64,000 nt of DNA from a virus: positions 1 through 64,000 of IMG/VR virus record IMGVR_UViG_3300036834_000231. One strand, 5' to 3'. The notes under the pieces are model-generated. The model made no database searches. It had not been told where the DNA came from and was given only the letters and a program-made list of their open reading frames with translations. How positions within the stretch are numbered: the stretch's first letter is position 1; each line of letters begins with the position of its first letter. The translations under genes and the position numbers were made by a program. Shown here in pieces: positions 20,984-30,237 of this stretch.

Positions 20984-21277
20984 ATGGTCTACTTTAAAAA
21001 AATCTTTCCAAGCACACGTGCAGCGTGGGGCCTCGCAGCGGTCGAAAGCGGGCTCTACTTTTCGGACGAGTTTTCAGACAAGAGCTGGCTCGAGACCGGC
21101 CAGGCGGCGCTGCTTTACTTCGAACTCGGCGCCCTCGAGGACCGTCCGGAGTGGTTTCCGGACGGCAAGTCGGCCAGCTTGGAATACTTCCGCACACTGA
21201 TCGAGCAGGCAGTGCGCGAGGAACTAGCAAACCCCGCCTATCCGCCCACCCTCAAAAAAAGCCCTACGGCGCTCTAG
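20984..21277 (+). CDS. hypothetical protein (paralog of 26700-27038)
   Basis: Shared AA.L.F.L..L..R.(E/D)WFP.GK..SL..F..LI..A motif. Confidence 0.55.
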   Translation: MVYFKKIFPSTRAAWGLAAVESGLYFSDEFSDKSWLETGQAALLYFELGALEDRPEWFPDGKSASLEYFRTLIEQAVREELANPAYPPTLKKSPTAL

Positions 21278-21321
21278 GTTGCATCGAAGAGACCCTGGAG
21301 GATTCCATGGCAGGCAGGGTC

Positions 21322-22344
21322 TCAGCCGCGAGCAGCCAGCCCTGGAATCTCTCCAGCGCTGGGGGCATTAGCCTCTCTCCCTAGCGGCTTTCGTGTACCG
21401 GAGTCGGTCAAACCGAGCTCCGTCCAGAGCTTGTCGCGCTCTGCCCGCCACTGTTTCACTTGCGGGTGCAAGGGGTAATCTGCCAGCAAAAGTTCCGTAG
21501 TTTCAAGAAGATACAGCTTGGATTCGCGGGTCTCCAGACCAGGCGCCGGCATTACTGCCCGAGTGGGCGGGCGGTCTCGAAGCTCCTGGATGCGTTGCCG
21601 GATCTTCGTGACCACCCCTCCCCAAGTCTTCAGCCCGGCGAAGCCTGGACGATTACGCCTGATGCTCTCGAGGATGTCGCGCGCGAACCATTGGAGCGCC
21701 CCGGGCAGATCGGGCTCGCGCTCTAACTCAGCCGAAATCCTGCCTATCGTCAGGGACGTAGCTTCGTCTTGTAGACGTAACTTAGAAGAATCAATAACTT
21801 CCCGGACCTCTGCGCTAATGTCTACCCGTACAGTCTCTGGTATAGATACGTATTCACTCTGAAAAGAACCCTCCCTCGGGTAGGGAGTTAAAACCCCACT
21901 CTTATCCCCATTCTTACTTTCCTTATATGGGTTCGGCACTTCTGCCGTACTAGTTCGGCACTTCTGCCGTACTGCTGCAAACAAAGGACTTGTGATCTCT
22001 GCCAGAGCTTTGCGGAGCGCTTCCCAGCCGAAGCGCAGCTTGAGTTTGTTCGACGGCGCCCGCTCTTCGAGCAAGAGGCCGCGGCGGACCAAATAGCGCC
22101 TAGCGCTGCGAAGCATCTTCAGGCCATATTCGTGGCCGACGAGGTCGTGGATTTCCGCCTCGCTGGTTTCCAACCAGGTTCGATCTCCGCGGCCGCCATC
22201 GGTTGAGCGAAATTGCACCGCCCAAAGAAGGAGTGCCGCCGCGGAGTTGCCCTTGCACATGGCGAGGTAGTCGTAATTCAGTTGGGCGTGCAAGGAGTTG
22301 ACTTGGCAGCCGTAGGAGTTTTGCATTGTGGCGAAAGAAATCAT
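21322..22344 (-). CDS. phage replication initiator (lambda O-like, N-terminal wHTH)
   Basis: Adjacent to dnaB; N-terminal wHTH-like region followed by internal DNA repeats and an AT-rich low-complexity linker. Confidence 0.6.
   Translation of the reverse strand: MISFATMQNSYGCQVNSLHAQLNYDYLAMCKGNSAAALLLWAVQFRSTDGGRGDRTWLETSEAEIHDLVGHEYGLKMLRSARRYLVRRGLLLEERAPSNKLKLRFGWEALRKALAEITSPLFAAVRQKCRTSTAEVPNPYKESKNGDKSGVLTPYPREGSFQSEYVSIPETVRVDISAEVREVIDSSKLRLQDEATSLTIGRISAELEREPDLPGALQWFARDILESIRRNRPGFAGLKTWGGVVTKIRQRIQELRDRPPTRAVMPAPGLETRESKLYLLETTELLLADYPLHPQVKQWRAERDKLWTELGLTDSGTRKPLGREANAPSAGEIPGLAARG
21931..21973. repeat. tandem 21-bp iterons inside the initiator gene (putative lytic origin)
   Basis: GTTCGGCACTTCTGCCGTACT at 21931 and 21953, each with inverted repeat CGGCA-N4-TGCCG; AT-rich 21780-21930 adjacent. 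Confidence 0.65.
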
Positions 22345-22346
22345 GG

Positions 22347-23828
22347 CTACCTCCTGGCGTCTCCTTCTGCGTTCGGCCCGGGCAACATGGAGCCAACCTT
22401 CCAGAAGCCGGGCCGGTCAAAGACGGCCGGTTTCTCCCCTTCCCCCTCCTCCTCAATCGGCTCGATGCCGGTGTCATTGGCCAGGTTTTCGAACCGCGTA
22501 TAGCGGTTCACAAAGGCGAGTTTGATTCGCCCAATCGGGCCGTTGCGTTGTTTCGCCAAGATCAGCTCGGCGAAGCCTTTTAGGCTTTCCTTGTCTGGCC
22601 GGTAAAGTTCTTCGCGGAAGACGAAGGCGACGAGGTCGGCGTCTTGCTCGATAGAGCCCGAGTCGCGCAGGTCGCTCAGCATGGGCCGATGGTTGCCCAT
22701 GCGCAATTCGGGTGATCGGGAAAGTTGACTGAGAACCAAGAACGGAACGCTTAAGTCTTTCGCCAGCAGCTTCAGGCCTCGCGAGATATTGCTGATTTCG
22801 TTCTGCCGGTTTTCAAAATGGCCGTGCCCCTGCATCAGCTGCAGATAGTCCACGATGACCAGGCCTAGATCGCGTTCGATTTGCAGTTGCCGCAGCTTCG
22901 CGTGCATGTCCACTAAGCTGATAGCTGCGGTGTCGTCGAGATAGAATGGCGCCTCCGCGAGGATACCGAGGGCGCTCTGGAGCGCTTCACGTTCGAAGGA
23001 GTTCAGGTAGCCTAGCCGAAAACGCTGCATATCGAGGCGTCCAATGCCGCACAGCATGCGGGTGAGCAGAGATTCCTTCGACATTTCGAGCGAAAACATG
23101 GCGACGGCTTTTTCCGTGTGCGTCACTACGTGTTGGGCGATATTCATGGCGAGCGCCGTTTTGCCCATTGCCGGCCGAGCAGCGAGAATGAATAGTTCGC
23201 CCGGCCGGAGGCCGCCAGTCATTTCGTCGAGCTTCAAGAAGCCAGTGGAGAGTCCGTGGCGCTGCAGCGACGGGTCCAGAAAGGCGTTCATCCCTCCCTC
23301 ATAGGACTTGATGATCTCCGCCGGGTTCTGCAGGACGCCACGTCTATGGTTCCATTCAGACATACGGATCAGGTTCTCTGCCGTATCCATAAGAATCTTG
23401 TGCGGATCATCGTTCACCACGCAACGCGCGATGGTTTCCTTCGAAGTGGCGATCAGTCGGCGCTGCATCTCCTTCGCCTTGATCATTCCGATGTATCCCT
23501 CGACATTTGACAGGCGAGGCATCCCCTCATCGAGCGATGCGAGGTAGGTTAGGCCTCCAACGGACGGGAGCTGGTCGATCCGTCGCAGTTCTTCGGCGAC
23601 TGCCACGCGATTGATCTGTTCGCCACGCTCGGCGAGCACTCCCATGCAGGAGAAAATGCGTTGATGTCTATCAAAATAAAAGGCCCCCGGCTGAAGGTCG
23701 GAGGCGATTTTAAGATAGGAAGTAGGGTCGTTAAAAATGGCCCCAAGAATGAACCGCTCGGCGTCGCCGTTCGAGGGCGTTTCGTCCGAGCGGGTAATAC
23801 TACGTCTCATTTTGGATGTTGCAGACAA
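22347..23828 (-). CDS. dnaB: replicative DNA helicase
   Basis: AARPAMGKT Walker A, FSLEMS, IVDYLQLM, LSQLSR, SDLRDSGSIEQDAD, KQRNGPIG. Confidence 0.97.
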   Translation of the reverse strand: MSATSKMRRSITRSDETPSNGDAERFILGAIFNDPTSYLKIASDLQPGAFYFDRHQRIFSCMGVLAERGEQINRVAVAEELRRIDQLPSVGGLTYLASLDEGMPRLSNVEGYIGMIKAKEMQRRLIATSKETIARCVVNDDPHKILMDTAENLIRMSEWNHRRGVLQNPAEIIKSYEGGMNAFLDPSLQRHGLSTGFLKLDEMTGGLRPGELFILAARPAMGKTALAMNIAQHVVTHTEKAVAMFSLEMSKESLLTRMLCGIGRLDMQRFRLGYLNSFEREALQSALGILAEAPFYLDDTAAISLVDMHAKLRQLQIERDLGLVIVDYLQLMQGHGHFENRQNEISNISRGLKLLAKDLSVPFLVLSQLSRSPELRMGNHRPMLSDLRDSGSIEQDADLVAFVFREELYRPDKESLKGFAELILAKQRNGPIGRIKLAFVNRYTRFENLANDTGIEPIEEEGEGEKPAVFDRPGFWKVGSMLPGPNAEGDARR

Positions 23829-24155
23829 CTTTCTATCTGGTTACGAGCCGGTTATGGACCGACGAAGAAAATTGCTACACACCCAAGGCGAAAGCGCTGG
23901 AGGAGCAGCCTTCGTCGGGCCTTGCTTTGCCACACACGATCTACGCAGATGTGTGCGACAGTAGTATTTGCGTTTGGCTATTGGGGCTTAACGCATCCCG
24001 AGGGTCCAGGCGAAGGTTAACGCTCTGTCTGGACCCTTACAATCTCGTCACGGAAAGTGATTATACGCCCACGGGTTACGAAAGTGTGACTGACGCGGGT
24101 TTGGCCACTTGGCCGGGGTTCCGGCGTTTATATCACTAAGCTGTCTCTGTGATAT

Positions 24156-24359
24156 CTAGGCCGGGACGACGACCGCCGCGTCCTTTAGCAAGGCGCGGTA
24201 GGAAGCGGTCACTTGCACATAAGGCCCGCTCATGGGCTCCGGGTCGGTATCGACGATGGTCACCTGAACCTGCGGGTGCGGATCGCCGTGTCCCATGCCG
24301 ATCGCCAGCAGCTCCCCATAGAGGCGGTTAATCAGGGCCGATTTCTCGGGATTGCTCAT
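24156..24359 (-). CDS. hypothetical protein
   Basis: ORF preceded by RBS GAAAGGA. Confidence 0.45.
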   Translation of the reverse strand: MSNPEKSALINRLYGELLAIGMGHGDPHPQVQVTIVDTDPEPMSGPYVQVTASYRALLKDAAVVVPA

Positions 24360-24442
24360 TCCTTTCGAATGATAGCGGGCTGAGAGTTTTCCTGCGAATC
24401 CATGCGAGACCGGGACGCAGATAGCTATGAGAAGATGGCTAT

Positions 24443-24682
24443 ATGGATTACGGCATCGCTTACGCGAAGAACAATCTGCCCAAGTTAATTAAGGCCGCCC
24501 TCCGGGGCGAGACTGTGCGCATTGTGAACCGGGGCGCCGACGCTGTGGAACTGGTCCGGATGGCGCCCAAAGGCGTGCCGAAAGGTTACGGCTCTATGCC
24601 TGGCCTGACGGCGGATCTGCCGCCTGGCTGGGACTCTCCTGCGGAAAAGGCCAAGATCACCGCTTTGTTCGAGGATGTATGA
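24443..24682 (+). CDS. Phd/YefM antitoxin
   Basis: AKNNLPKLI..A..GE.V.I..RG motif; overlaps the PIN toxin gene. Confidence 0.85.
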   Translation: MDYGIAYAKNNLPKLIKAALRGETVRIVNRGADAVELVRMAPKGVPKGYGSMPGLTADLPPGWDSPAEKAKITALFEDV

Positions 24683-25068
24683 CCTATCTGCTCGATACCG
24701 TCGCTTTTTACCGAGCGTTGGACAAAACGCTTCCCGCAAAACTACTGCGCCGGTTGCAGCGGTCTGACAGTCAACTGTTCGTTAGCATCGTGACTCCCTG
24801 GGAGATTGCTTTGAAGCCCGCGCTGCAGGCTCACGGCATGAGTAACGAATTGGTGCAAGAGAAGATCCTCGAATTGGGCGCGCGCCTGCTTCCGATCACG
24901 ATGGAGCACACCGGGCTCTTGTACACATTGCCGTATTTCGAGGATCATCGCGATCCATTCGACCGCATGCTCATCGCGCAGGCGCTAGATGAGCGTTGTC
25001 CGCTTGTCTCCAATGATCAAAGGTTTGCTCGCTACCAAGCGAGAGGCCTCAGCGTGATTTGGGATTAA
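24679..25068 (+). CDS. vapC: VapC PIN-domain toxin
   Basis: YLLDT..S..TPWEI..K..HRDPFDRMLIAQA..LVSND. Confidence 0.92.
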   Translation: MTYLLDTVAFYRALDKTLPAKLLRRLQRSDSQLFVSIVTPWEIALKPALQAHGMSNELVQEKILELGARLLPITMEHTGLLYTLPYFEDHRDPFDRMLIAQALDERCPLVSNDQRFARYQARGLSVIWD

Positions 25069-25312
25069 GTTGCATCTCGGCGATTCGCGCGAGGACTCCC
25101 TCCAGCTCCTCGTCTTTGATCCCGTCTTCCGGGAGAATGCCGCCCGGCGCGTGATGGCGGCGTAAGAGTTCCTGGTAAGTTTCGGGAAAGGCTTGCCGCA
25201 ACCGATCGGTGTTGTAAGGATCGGCCTTGCGCATAGCGGACATGATGAGCGCATAGAACGGGGGATCTTGCGCCTCCAGCTTTTGGCTGATCACATATTC
25301 GTGCAAACCCAT
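25049..25312 (-). CDS. conserved phage hypothetical protein
   Basis: DPPFYALIMSAMRKAD..N..RL..AFPE..EL..R..APGG. Confidence 0.6.
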   Translation of the reverse strand: MGLHEYVISQKLEAQDPPFYALIMSAMRKADPYNTDRLRQAFPETYQELLRRHHAPGGILPEDGIKDEELEGVLARIAEMQLNPKSR

Positions 25313-25379
25313 TTGGGATATACTACCAACTTAGTATCGTGGTGATACTACGGAAGACACCCTAATAGACTACCGGCAC

Positions 25380-25598
25380 TTGCTCGAACCGTCGCCTCCG
25401 AGCAAGAGTTTGGTCATCGAAGAAGAACCGGAATTTGGCTGGACCGTGCGCACCAGTGATCGGTACGCCAAGGGTCTAACCCCGGATGAGGCGCTGTGGT
25501 GCGCCGTTCAATTCCTGAACGGCTCCACCTCTCATTACCTGAAGACCGCCGCCGAGCATGCGGCCTGGAAGGCCCAGTTCGGCCGGCGGGCGACGTAA
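25380..25598 (+). CDS. hypothetical protein
   Basis: Protein-like ORF in operon context. Confidence 0.45.
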   Translation: MLEPSPPSKSLVIEEEPEFGWTVRTSDRYAKGLTPDEALWCAVQFLNGSTSHYLKTAAEHAAWKAQFGRRAT

Positions 25599-25605
25599 AA
25601 AAAAC

Positions 25606-25995
25606 ATGTGGACGTATTTTCAATCGTCGGGCGAGCTACGCCACGACGGGGAAACAGTAGGCTTCGGCTACTCTGGCTATTCAACTGGCAGGAACAATCC
25701 GGATCTCGAAAGCGAGGCGGATATCGGGCCGATTCCGCGCGGGCATTATACGATCCTGCCGGCGTACAACGATCCGGGCAAAGGGCCGTGCGTGATGCGT
25801 TTGATGGCGCACGACCCGATCTACGACCGGTCCGGGTTCGAGATTCATGGGGATAGCGGGCAGCATCCCGGCGCGGCGAGCCATGGCTGCATCGTGCTGG
25901 GTCACAATGTGCGCGAGCGGGTAGCCCTGTCTTTGGACCGCGACCTGACGGTCGAGCGTTCGTTAATGGTCCTAGGTGGGGAGCTAAGTACTTGA
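25606..25995 (+). CDS. DUF2778/Tlde1-like L,D-transpeptidase-fold protein
   Basis: WTY.QSSGEL..GYSG..NNP..GPIPRG.Y.I..RSGF.IHGD..ASHGCI. Confidence 0.8.
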   Translation: MWTYFQSSGELRHDGETVGFGYSGYSTGRNNPDLESEADIGPIPRGHYTILPAYNDPGKGPCVMRLMAHDPIYDRSGFEIHGDSGQHPGAASHGCIVLGHNVRERVALSLDRDLTVERSLMVLGGELST

Positions 25996-26023
25996 AACAA
26001 AACTAGTAAGCCGGTACGGCTAG

Positions 26024-26054
26024 AGCGTGCGCCAAACGGACGTTTATGGTACGC
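26024..26054. promoter_or_regulatory. putative res site / resolvase operator
   Basis: Imperfect palindrome GCGTGCGCCAAACGGACGTTTATGGTACGC just upstream of the resolvase; IHF-like TAAGTACTTGAAA at ~25985. Confidence 0.5.
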
Positions 26055-26065
26055 TCGGGCGAAAA

Positions 26066-26686
26066 ATGCGAGTGGCCCTTTATGCGCGCGTCTCCCTCCC
26101 GGGGAAGAGTCTAGACAAGAGCCAGAACCCTGAGAACCAGTTGGAGCAGCTCCGGGAATTCGTCCGGGGTTCGAAGTGGGAGCTGGTCCACGAGTACATC
26201 GACCGCATGTCGGGCAAGGGCTCGGACCGGCCGCAGTTCAAAAAGCTGTTCACCGACGCCTATCAGCGCAAGTTTGATCTGGTGGTGTTCTGGGCCCTCG
26301 ACCGGTTCTCGCGGGAAGGCGTGCTCGCGACGCTGAATCACCTGCAGAGGCTATCGAGCTACGGTGTGAATTGGCGCTCGTTTCAAGAGCCGTACTTTGA
26401 CTCGTGCGGGCCTTTCAAGGATGCTGTGATTTCGATCATGGCGAGCTTAGCGCGCATCGAGCGGGAGCGGATCAGCGAGCGAACCAAGGCGGGGCTCGAG
26501 CGGGCGCGGCGGGCCGGCAAGGTGCTGGGGCGCCCGGAGGCGCCGAAGGATCTCGCGGAACTACGGCGGTTGCGCGAGTCAGGCCTGTCTTTGCGGCAGA
26601 TCGCCGGGCAGACGGGGCATCCCTTGACGACGGTAGCCCAGGCTTTGAAAGCCAAGAAGGTTGATATCACCGTCATTTCGGCGTGA
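26066..26686 (+). CDS. small serine recombinase (resolvase/invertase) with C-terminal HTH
   Basis: ALYARVS..QNPENQL..SGK..RP.F..LDRFSR..ERERISERTKAGLERAR..G..LGRP. Confidence 0.93.
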   Translation: MRVALYARVSLPGKSLDKSQNPENQLEQLREFVRGSKWELVHEYIDRMSGKGSDRPQFKKLFTDAYQRKFDLVVFWALDRFSREGVLATLNHLQRLSSYGVNWRSFQEPYFDSCGPFKDAVISIMASLARIERERISERTKAGLERARRAGKVLGRPEAPKDLAELRRLRESGLSLRQIAGQTGHPLTTVAQALKAKKVDITVISA

Positions 26687-26699
26687 TATTATTCGCGAA

Positions 26700-27038
26700 A
26701 TGAACGTTAGCGAAAAGCAAGAGCTTCGGCAGGCCCTTGACGAATATGGGTTCGGGCAAGACCGGCGGGCTAATGAGCCGCCTGGACAAGTTCGCTGGAG
26801 AGCGTTGCCGATCGAGACGCGCGAGGCGTGGCAAGCTCTGGCGGCGGCCAAGAAGATCATAGACATTCGCTCGTACAGCACGGAAATGCCGGTCGAGACG
26901 GCGGCCGTGCTATGGTTTCAGCTTCGTTCTCTCGACGCGCGCGAGGATTGGTTTCCCCAAGGCAAGTGGCCGAGCCTGCAATTGTTCGAGGGACTCATCA
27001 CCACAGCCGCGGCTGGTTTGGAGGGAGTATCACAATAG
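26700..27038 (+). CDS. hypothetical protein (paralog of 20984-21277)
   Basis: Shared WFP.GK motif block. Confidence 0.55.
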   Translation: MNVSEKQELRQALDEYGFGQDRRANEPPGQVRWRALPIETREAWQALAAAKKIIDIRSYSTEMPVETAAVLWFQLRSLDAREDWFPQGKWPSLQLFEGLITTAAAGLEGVSQ

Positions 27039-27679
27039 TATGTCCCGCTTGCGAGATCGAGATGCGCATGACGCGGGCCGGCGTGCCGGTCGAGAGCATG
27101 ATGACCATCGGGGCTTATCAGTTTTTTGCTGCCGATCAATGGACCTGTCCGGAGTGCAACAAGACGATATTCGCCGGGATTCATAAGCCGATCGCCGAGC
27201 ACTTCCAATCCGATTACCGGCAGGTGGTCGATCAGTTTCGCATGAGCCGGCCAGTGCATCGCTACTGGCGAGACCCTAAAGAAAAAGCCGAGTTCCTCAG
27301 ACGCCAGGCGCTTCCGCCAGAGGAGAAGCCCGAGCCCGAACCCGAACGACAGAATGCGCCGGGAAAATTTCTTGCGGAGGATTGGACGCTATTCCTGCGA
27401 GCCATGTTCGCGAATATCACGATATTCACCGACCCCTTGATCCATGAGGTGCGGCGGCGGATGCTGGCGAACTGTGTGCGCAATCATCCGGGCGATGAGC
27501 CGCAGGAAGGCGAGAAGCCCGCGTCCGCAGAAATGACCGCCGAAGAGCGCGAGACGATGCGGTGTTTGCAAGGGCTCTATGCGCTCCAGGCTGAATCGCG
27601 GAATGCCGTCCGGCACTTCGTTTTGGACTACATGCCCGAGCTGGAGCCACAGGTAAAGACCTGGGTAGAGATAGGCTAA
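27035..27679 (+). CDS. hypothetical protein with zinc ribbon (start uncertain)
   Basis: CPAC..WTCPEC motifs. Confidence 0.45.
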   Translation: MVCPACEIEMRMTRAGVPVESMMTIGAYQFFAADQWTCPECNKTIFAGIHKPIAEHFQSDYRQVVDQFRMSRPVHRYWRDPKEKAEFLRRQALPPEEKPEPEPERQNAPGKFLAEDWTLFLRAMFANITIFTDPLIHEVRRRMLANCVRNHPGDEPQEGEKPASAEMTAEERETMRCLQGLYALQAESRNAVRHFVLDYMPELEPQVKTWVEIG

Positions 27680-27685
27680 CTCTTT

Positions 27686-27904
27686 ATGACCGATGAACAG
27701 ATCAAACAAACGTTCACCTACCATGCGCCGGTTGGGGATCAGCTAGGCCGGTATGAATCGCTACGCGAGGGCGCCAGGATATTCGCCGAGTTGATTCAGA
27801 AAAGTTGCCCTGAGTCGCGGGAGAAGTCGCTGGCTCTGACGAACGTGCAACAGGCTGTGATGTGGGCGAACGCCTCGATCGCGATCAACGGAACACCAGG
27901 TTAG
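27686..27904 (+). CDS. Acb2/Tad1-like cyclic-nucleotide sponge (anti-defence)
   Basis: FTYHAP..Y..LR..A..FA.LI...CP.SREKSLALT.VQQAVMWANASIA helical-hairpin signature. Confidence 0.65.
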   Translation: MTDEQIKQTFTYHAPVGDQLGRYESLREGARIFAELIQKSCPESREKSLALTNVQQAVMWANASIAINGTPG

Positions 27905-28236
27905 TTCCGTTGTGGATAGGCGCCGTTCCGCACCCACGCAGCCGCCCTTTCTTGGCCTTCCTCGGCCTCGTCCCAGGTCGAGGAGCGCTCACACCAAACG
28001 ATAGGGCGCGATCCGTCCTCGTCCCGCTGATTGCGAAACACCATCGTCTCGAAGACTAGCGGCAGCCCGTCACCAAGGCGATGATCCAGCCCTAGAAAAA
28101 CCGTCGATATCCAGTATTCTCCAATGGTCTCCTGCTTGACGATGTAGTCTCCGGCCGCCATCCATTTGCACCACTCTAAAAGATCGTCGACCGGCACGAC
28201 CTCGTGACCATCCAGGCGATATTTCCTTGTCTGCAC
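27901..28236 (-). CDS. conserved phage hypothetical protein
   Basis: ISTVFLGLDH..PLVFETMVF..TWDEA..G motif. Confidence 0.65.
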   Translation of the reverse strand: MQTRKYRLDGHEVVPVDDLLEWCKWMAAGDYIVKQETIGEYWISTVFLGLDHRLGDGLPLVFETMVFRNQRDEDGSRPIVWCERSSTWDEAEEGQERAAAWVRNGAYPQRN

Positions 28237-28269
28237 CTCAGCCTCGTAATCTCCGTGGCTCAGCCATCG

Positions 28270-28605
28270 TCACACCAGCGGGCGCAAACGCTGCATGGCA
28301 TCGAGTGTGTCAATCTCTTCGTTCCAATAGGCGAGAATGACCGCCCGGTTCAGCTCGATCCACTTCGTCAGTAGCTCCAAATCGTGCGCAGCCATCGATG
28401 TCGTGCCGATCACATGCACCTCGGGACGAATCCCCACGCTGATCATCTCGTCAGGATTCGCTTTGCTATTCGCCGAAATCTTCACCCGCACATCGTGTCT
28501 AGCCCCGCCACGCACGGAAATCCAGACGACAAACGGGAGTCCCGTGTGCTTCGGAAATAAAAAGTCAGGCGCCTCCAGGACTTCTGCATGCTCCCGCTGG
28601 GTCAT
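28270..28605 (-). CDS. DUF4160-like protein (possible TA toxin)
   Basis: TGLPFVVWIS..H..RVK..WI.LNR..IL.YW pattern. Confidence 0.45.
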   Translation of the reverse strand: MTQREHAEVLEAPDFLFPKHTGLPFVVWISVRGGARHDVRVKISANSKANPDEMISVGIRPEVHVIGTTSMAAHDLELLTKWIELNRAVILAYWNEEIDTLDAMQRLRPLV

Positions 28606-28850
28606 TCGTGATAGCCGATTTTGAGTTTCGCGATGTCTATGGTCATTTCGTTCAGACGCGCGTCGATGCCTTCAAGTTTGGCGTCGATCCTGTCCAAGCG
28701 CTTGACGAAGCTCTCTTCGAGCCGATCCATGCGACGTTCGATTAGATCAAAACGCTTAGTGTTCAAGACCAGGGCTGTGATAGCAACGCCAACTGTGCTG
28801 GCAGCGCTTGTTACCGAAGTGATGATCGCGGTCAGAATGGTTGCGTCCAT
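28602..28850 (-). CDS. membrane-anchored coiled-coil protein
   Basis: TM helix followed by RFD..ERRMDRLE..RLDRIDAKL. Confidence 0.7.
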   Translation of the reverse strand: MDATILTAIITSVTSAASTVGVAITALVLNTKRFDLIERRMDRLEESFVKRLDRIDAKLEGIDARLNEMTIDIAKLKIGYHE

Positions 28851-28870
28851 TTAGGGGCCAACATATCCCG

Positions 28871-29053
28871 TCATGACCGTTTAGCCCGGTCTTCCAACAC
28901 CGCAACGCGCGTATCGATGTCGCTGCGCAAGCCCCGCACGTCCTCGCGCAATTCTTTCGCCTGCCAAAAGGCAATCAGAATCGTCGTCGTGAAGCCCAGG
29001 AGGTACACAATAATCGGTATGCCAATAGCAAAATACAACTGATGATTACTCAT
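28871..29053 (-). CDS. membrane-anchored coiled-coil protein
   Basis: QLYFAIGIP TM helix followed by LREDVRGLRSDIDTRVAVLE. Confidence 0.7.
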   Translation of the reverse strand: MSNHQLYFAIGIPIIVYLLGFTTTILIAFWQAKELREDVRGLRSDIDTRVAVLEDRAKRS

Positions 29054-29232
29054 ACCGGCGCCCGCTCCGCGAATTTGCGGAGCGCAAGTAAGAGCTTGTG
29101 GTTATTCTCCTTGGAGGATTTCATCCCATCCGTGAGTGTATGCACTTGCTCCGCGAGGGTACGCACGATGCCTTCCAGTTGGGTGAGTCTAATGGCGAGC
29201 GATTCGAGGGAGTCGCCGTCTTGCTCGGCCAT
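29050..29232 (-). CDS. small coiled-coil protein
   Basis: Overlapping stop/start codons with both neighbours. Confidence 0.5.
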   Translation of the reverse strand: MAEQDGDSLESLAIRLTQLEGIVRTLAEQVHTLTDGMKSSKENNHKLLLALRKFAERAPV

Positions 29233-29495
29233 TACACCTTATCCCGGCCAAGCTTCTCTTCGATCGCCTGGAGGATGTAGGTATTGCGGGAAATTCGGCC
29301 TAGGCGTTTTTGAATGCCCAGGTCCATGCGGGCATCGAGTTCAACGGGGAGCCGCAGCGAAATCATTTTCATGAGATGGCCGCGATGATCGAGCCGGCCG
29401 TTTTCCAAATTCGTCTTGTCCCCGTTGGCCTTAAGGCGGCGTCGAGAATGTAGGTTGGTGGCGGTTCGTGCGGCTGCTTTTTTAGCGATAGCCAT
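29232..29495 (-). CDS. ribbon-helix-helix protein, ParG-like centromere-binding partner
   Basis: C-terminal KMISLRLPVELDARMD..ISRNTYILQAIEEKL RHH with flexible basic N-terminus; directly downstream of parA. Confidence 0.75.
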   Translation of the reverse strand: MAIAKKAAARTATNLHSRRRLKANGDKTNLENGRLDHRGHLMKMISLRLPVELDARMDLGIQKRLGRISRNTYILQAIEEKLGRDKV

Positions 29496-29511
29496 GTGTC
29501 TGGACTCAGTA

Positions 29512-30237
29512 TCACACAGATATCGCCTGGCCACTAATGTCCCGCACTCGGTCCCGGTCCATTTTGACTGCGACGCCCATCACGGATCGGTACAAATCCT
29601 GCATTTCGTCGTTCGCCTTGGGATCGGCGGGCTTTAGTTCTATTACGGCTAGACCTTCGGCGGCGGCGTTGCTGAAAGCCTTGCGATCCCCTAATCTCGC
29701 GGTCAAAACTTCAAAGGGCGGTTTTTCGTGGCCGTTGCGGTTCTCGGCGAGCTTCTCAGTCAACATAGCCAAGGCATCATCGTTGTCGCTACCGCGCGGG
29801 AAGGCGCTATTGAGGAACACCTTCAGCTTCAAGTGATCGTTTGCAACCAGCATCTCCTCGACCATGGTGAGCACGTGATCCACGGTCCAGATGTCGAACG
29901 AACGGGGCTGGAACGGGACCAGCACCATGTCGGCGATGCTGAGCGCGGCGCGCTGGCTCACGGTGTCCCTAGCGCCGCAGTCGATGATGATGTGGTCGTA
30001 CTTGTCGCGCATGCGCAGGGTTTGCGACTTGACGGCCTGGCCGGCGAGAACGATGGAGGTGTAGCCCGCCTCTCCGTATTTTTCGGTCCGCAAATCAGTA
30101 AAATCGGTCGCGGTGGTTTGGATATCGGCATCCACCAGCAGTACGTCGTTGCCGTTGAGCGCGCCCATGATCGCGAAGTTCACGGCGACCGTCGTCTTTC
30201 CGACCCCGCCTTTGATGCCGCCGATGGCGAGGATCAT
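29512..30237 (-). CDS. parA: ParA partition ATPase (type Ib)
   Basis: KGGVGKTT deviant Walker A, VDAD.Q, IIDCG; no N-terminal HTH. Confidence 0.93.
   Translation of the reverse strand: MILAIGGIKGGVGKTTVAVNFAIMGALNGNDVLLVDADIQTTATDFTDLRTEKYGEAGYTSIVLAGQAVKSQTLRMRDKYDHIIIDCGARDTVSQRAALSIADMVLVPFQPRSFDIWTVDHVLTMVEEMLVANDHLKLKVFLNSAFPRGSDNDDALAMLTEKLAENRNGHEKPPFEVLTARLGDRKAFSNAAAEGLAVIELKPADPKANDEMQDLYRSVMGVAVKMDRDRVRDISGQAISV

Noticed and set aside
26066-26686. Serine recombinase as the phage integrase or a fibre invertase
   Set aside because: Only ~206 aa, lacking recombinase/zinc-ribbon domains; no inverted fibre cassette seen
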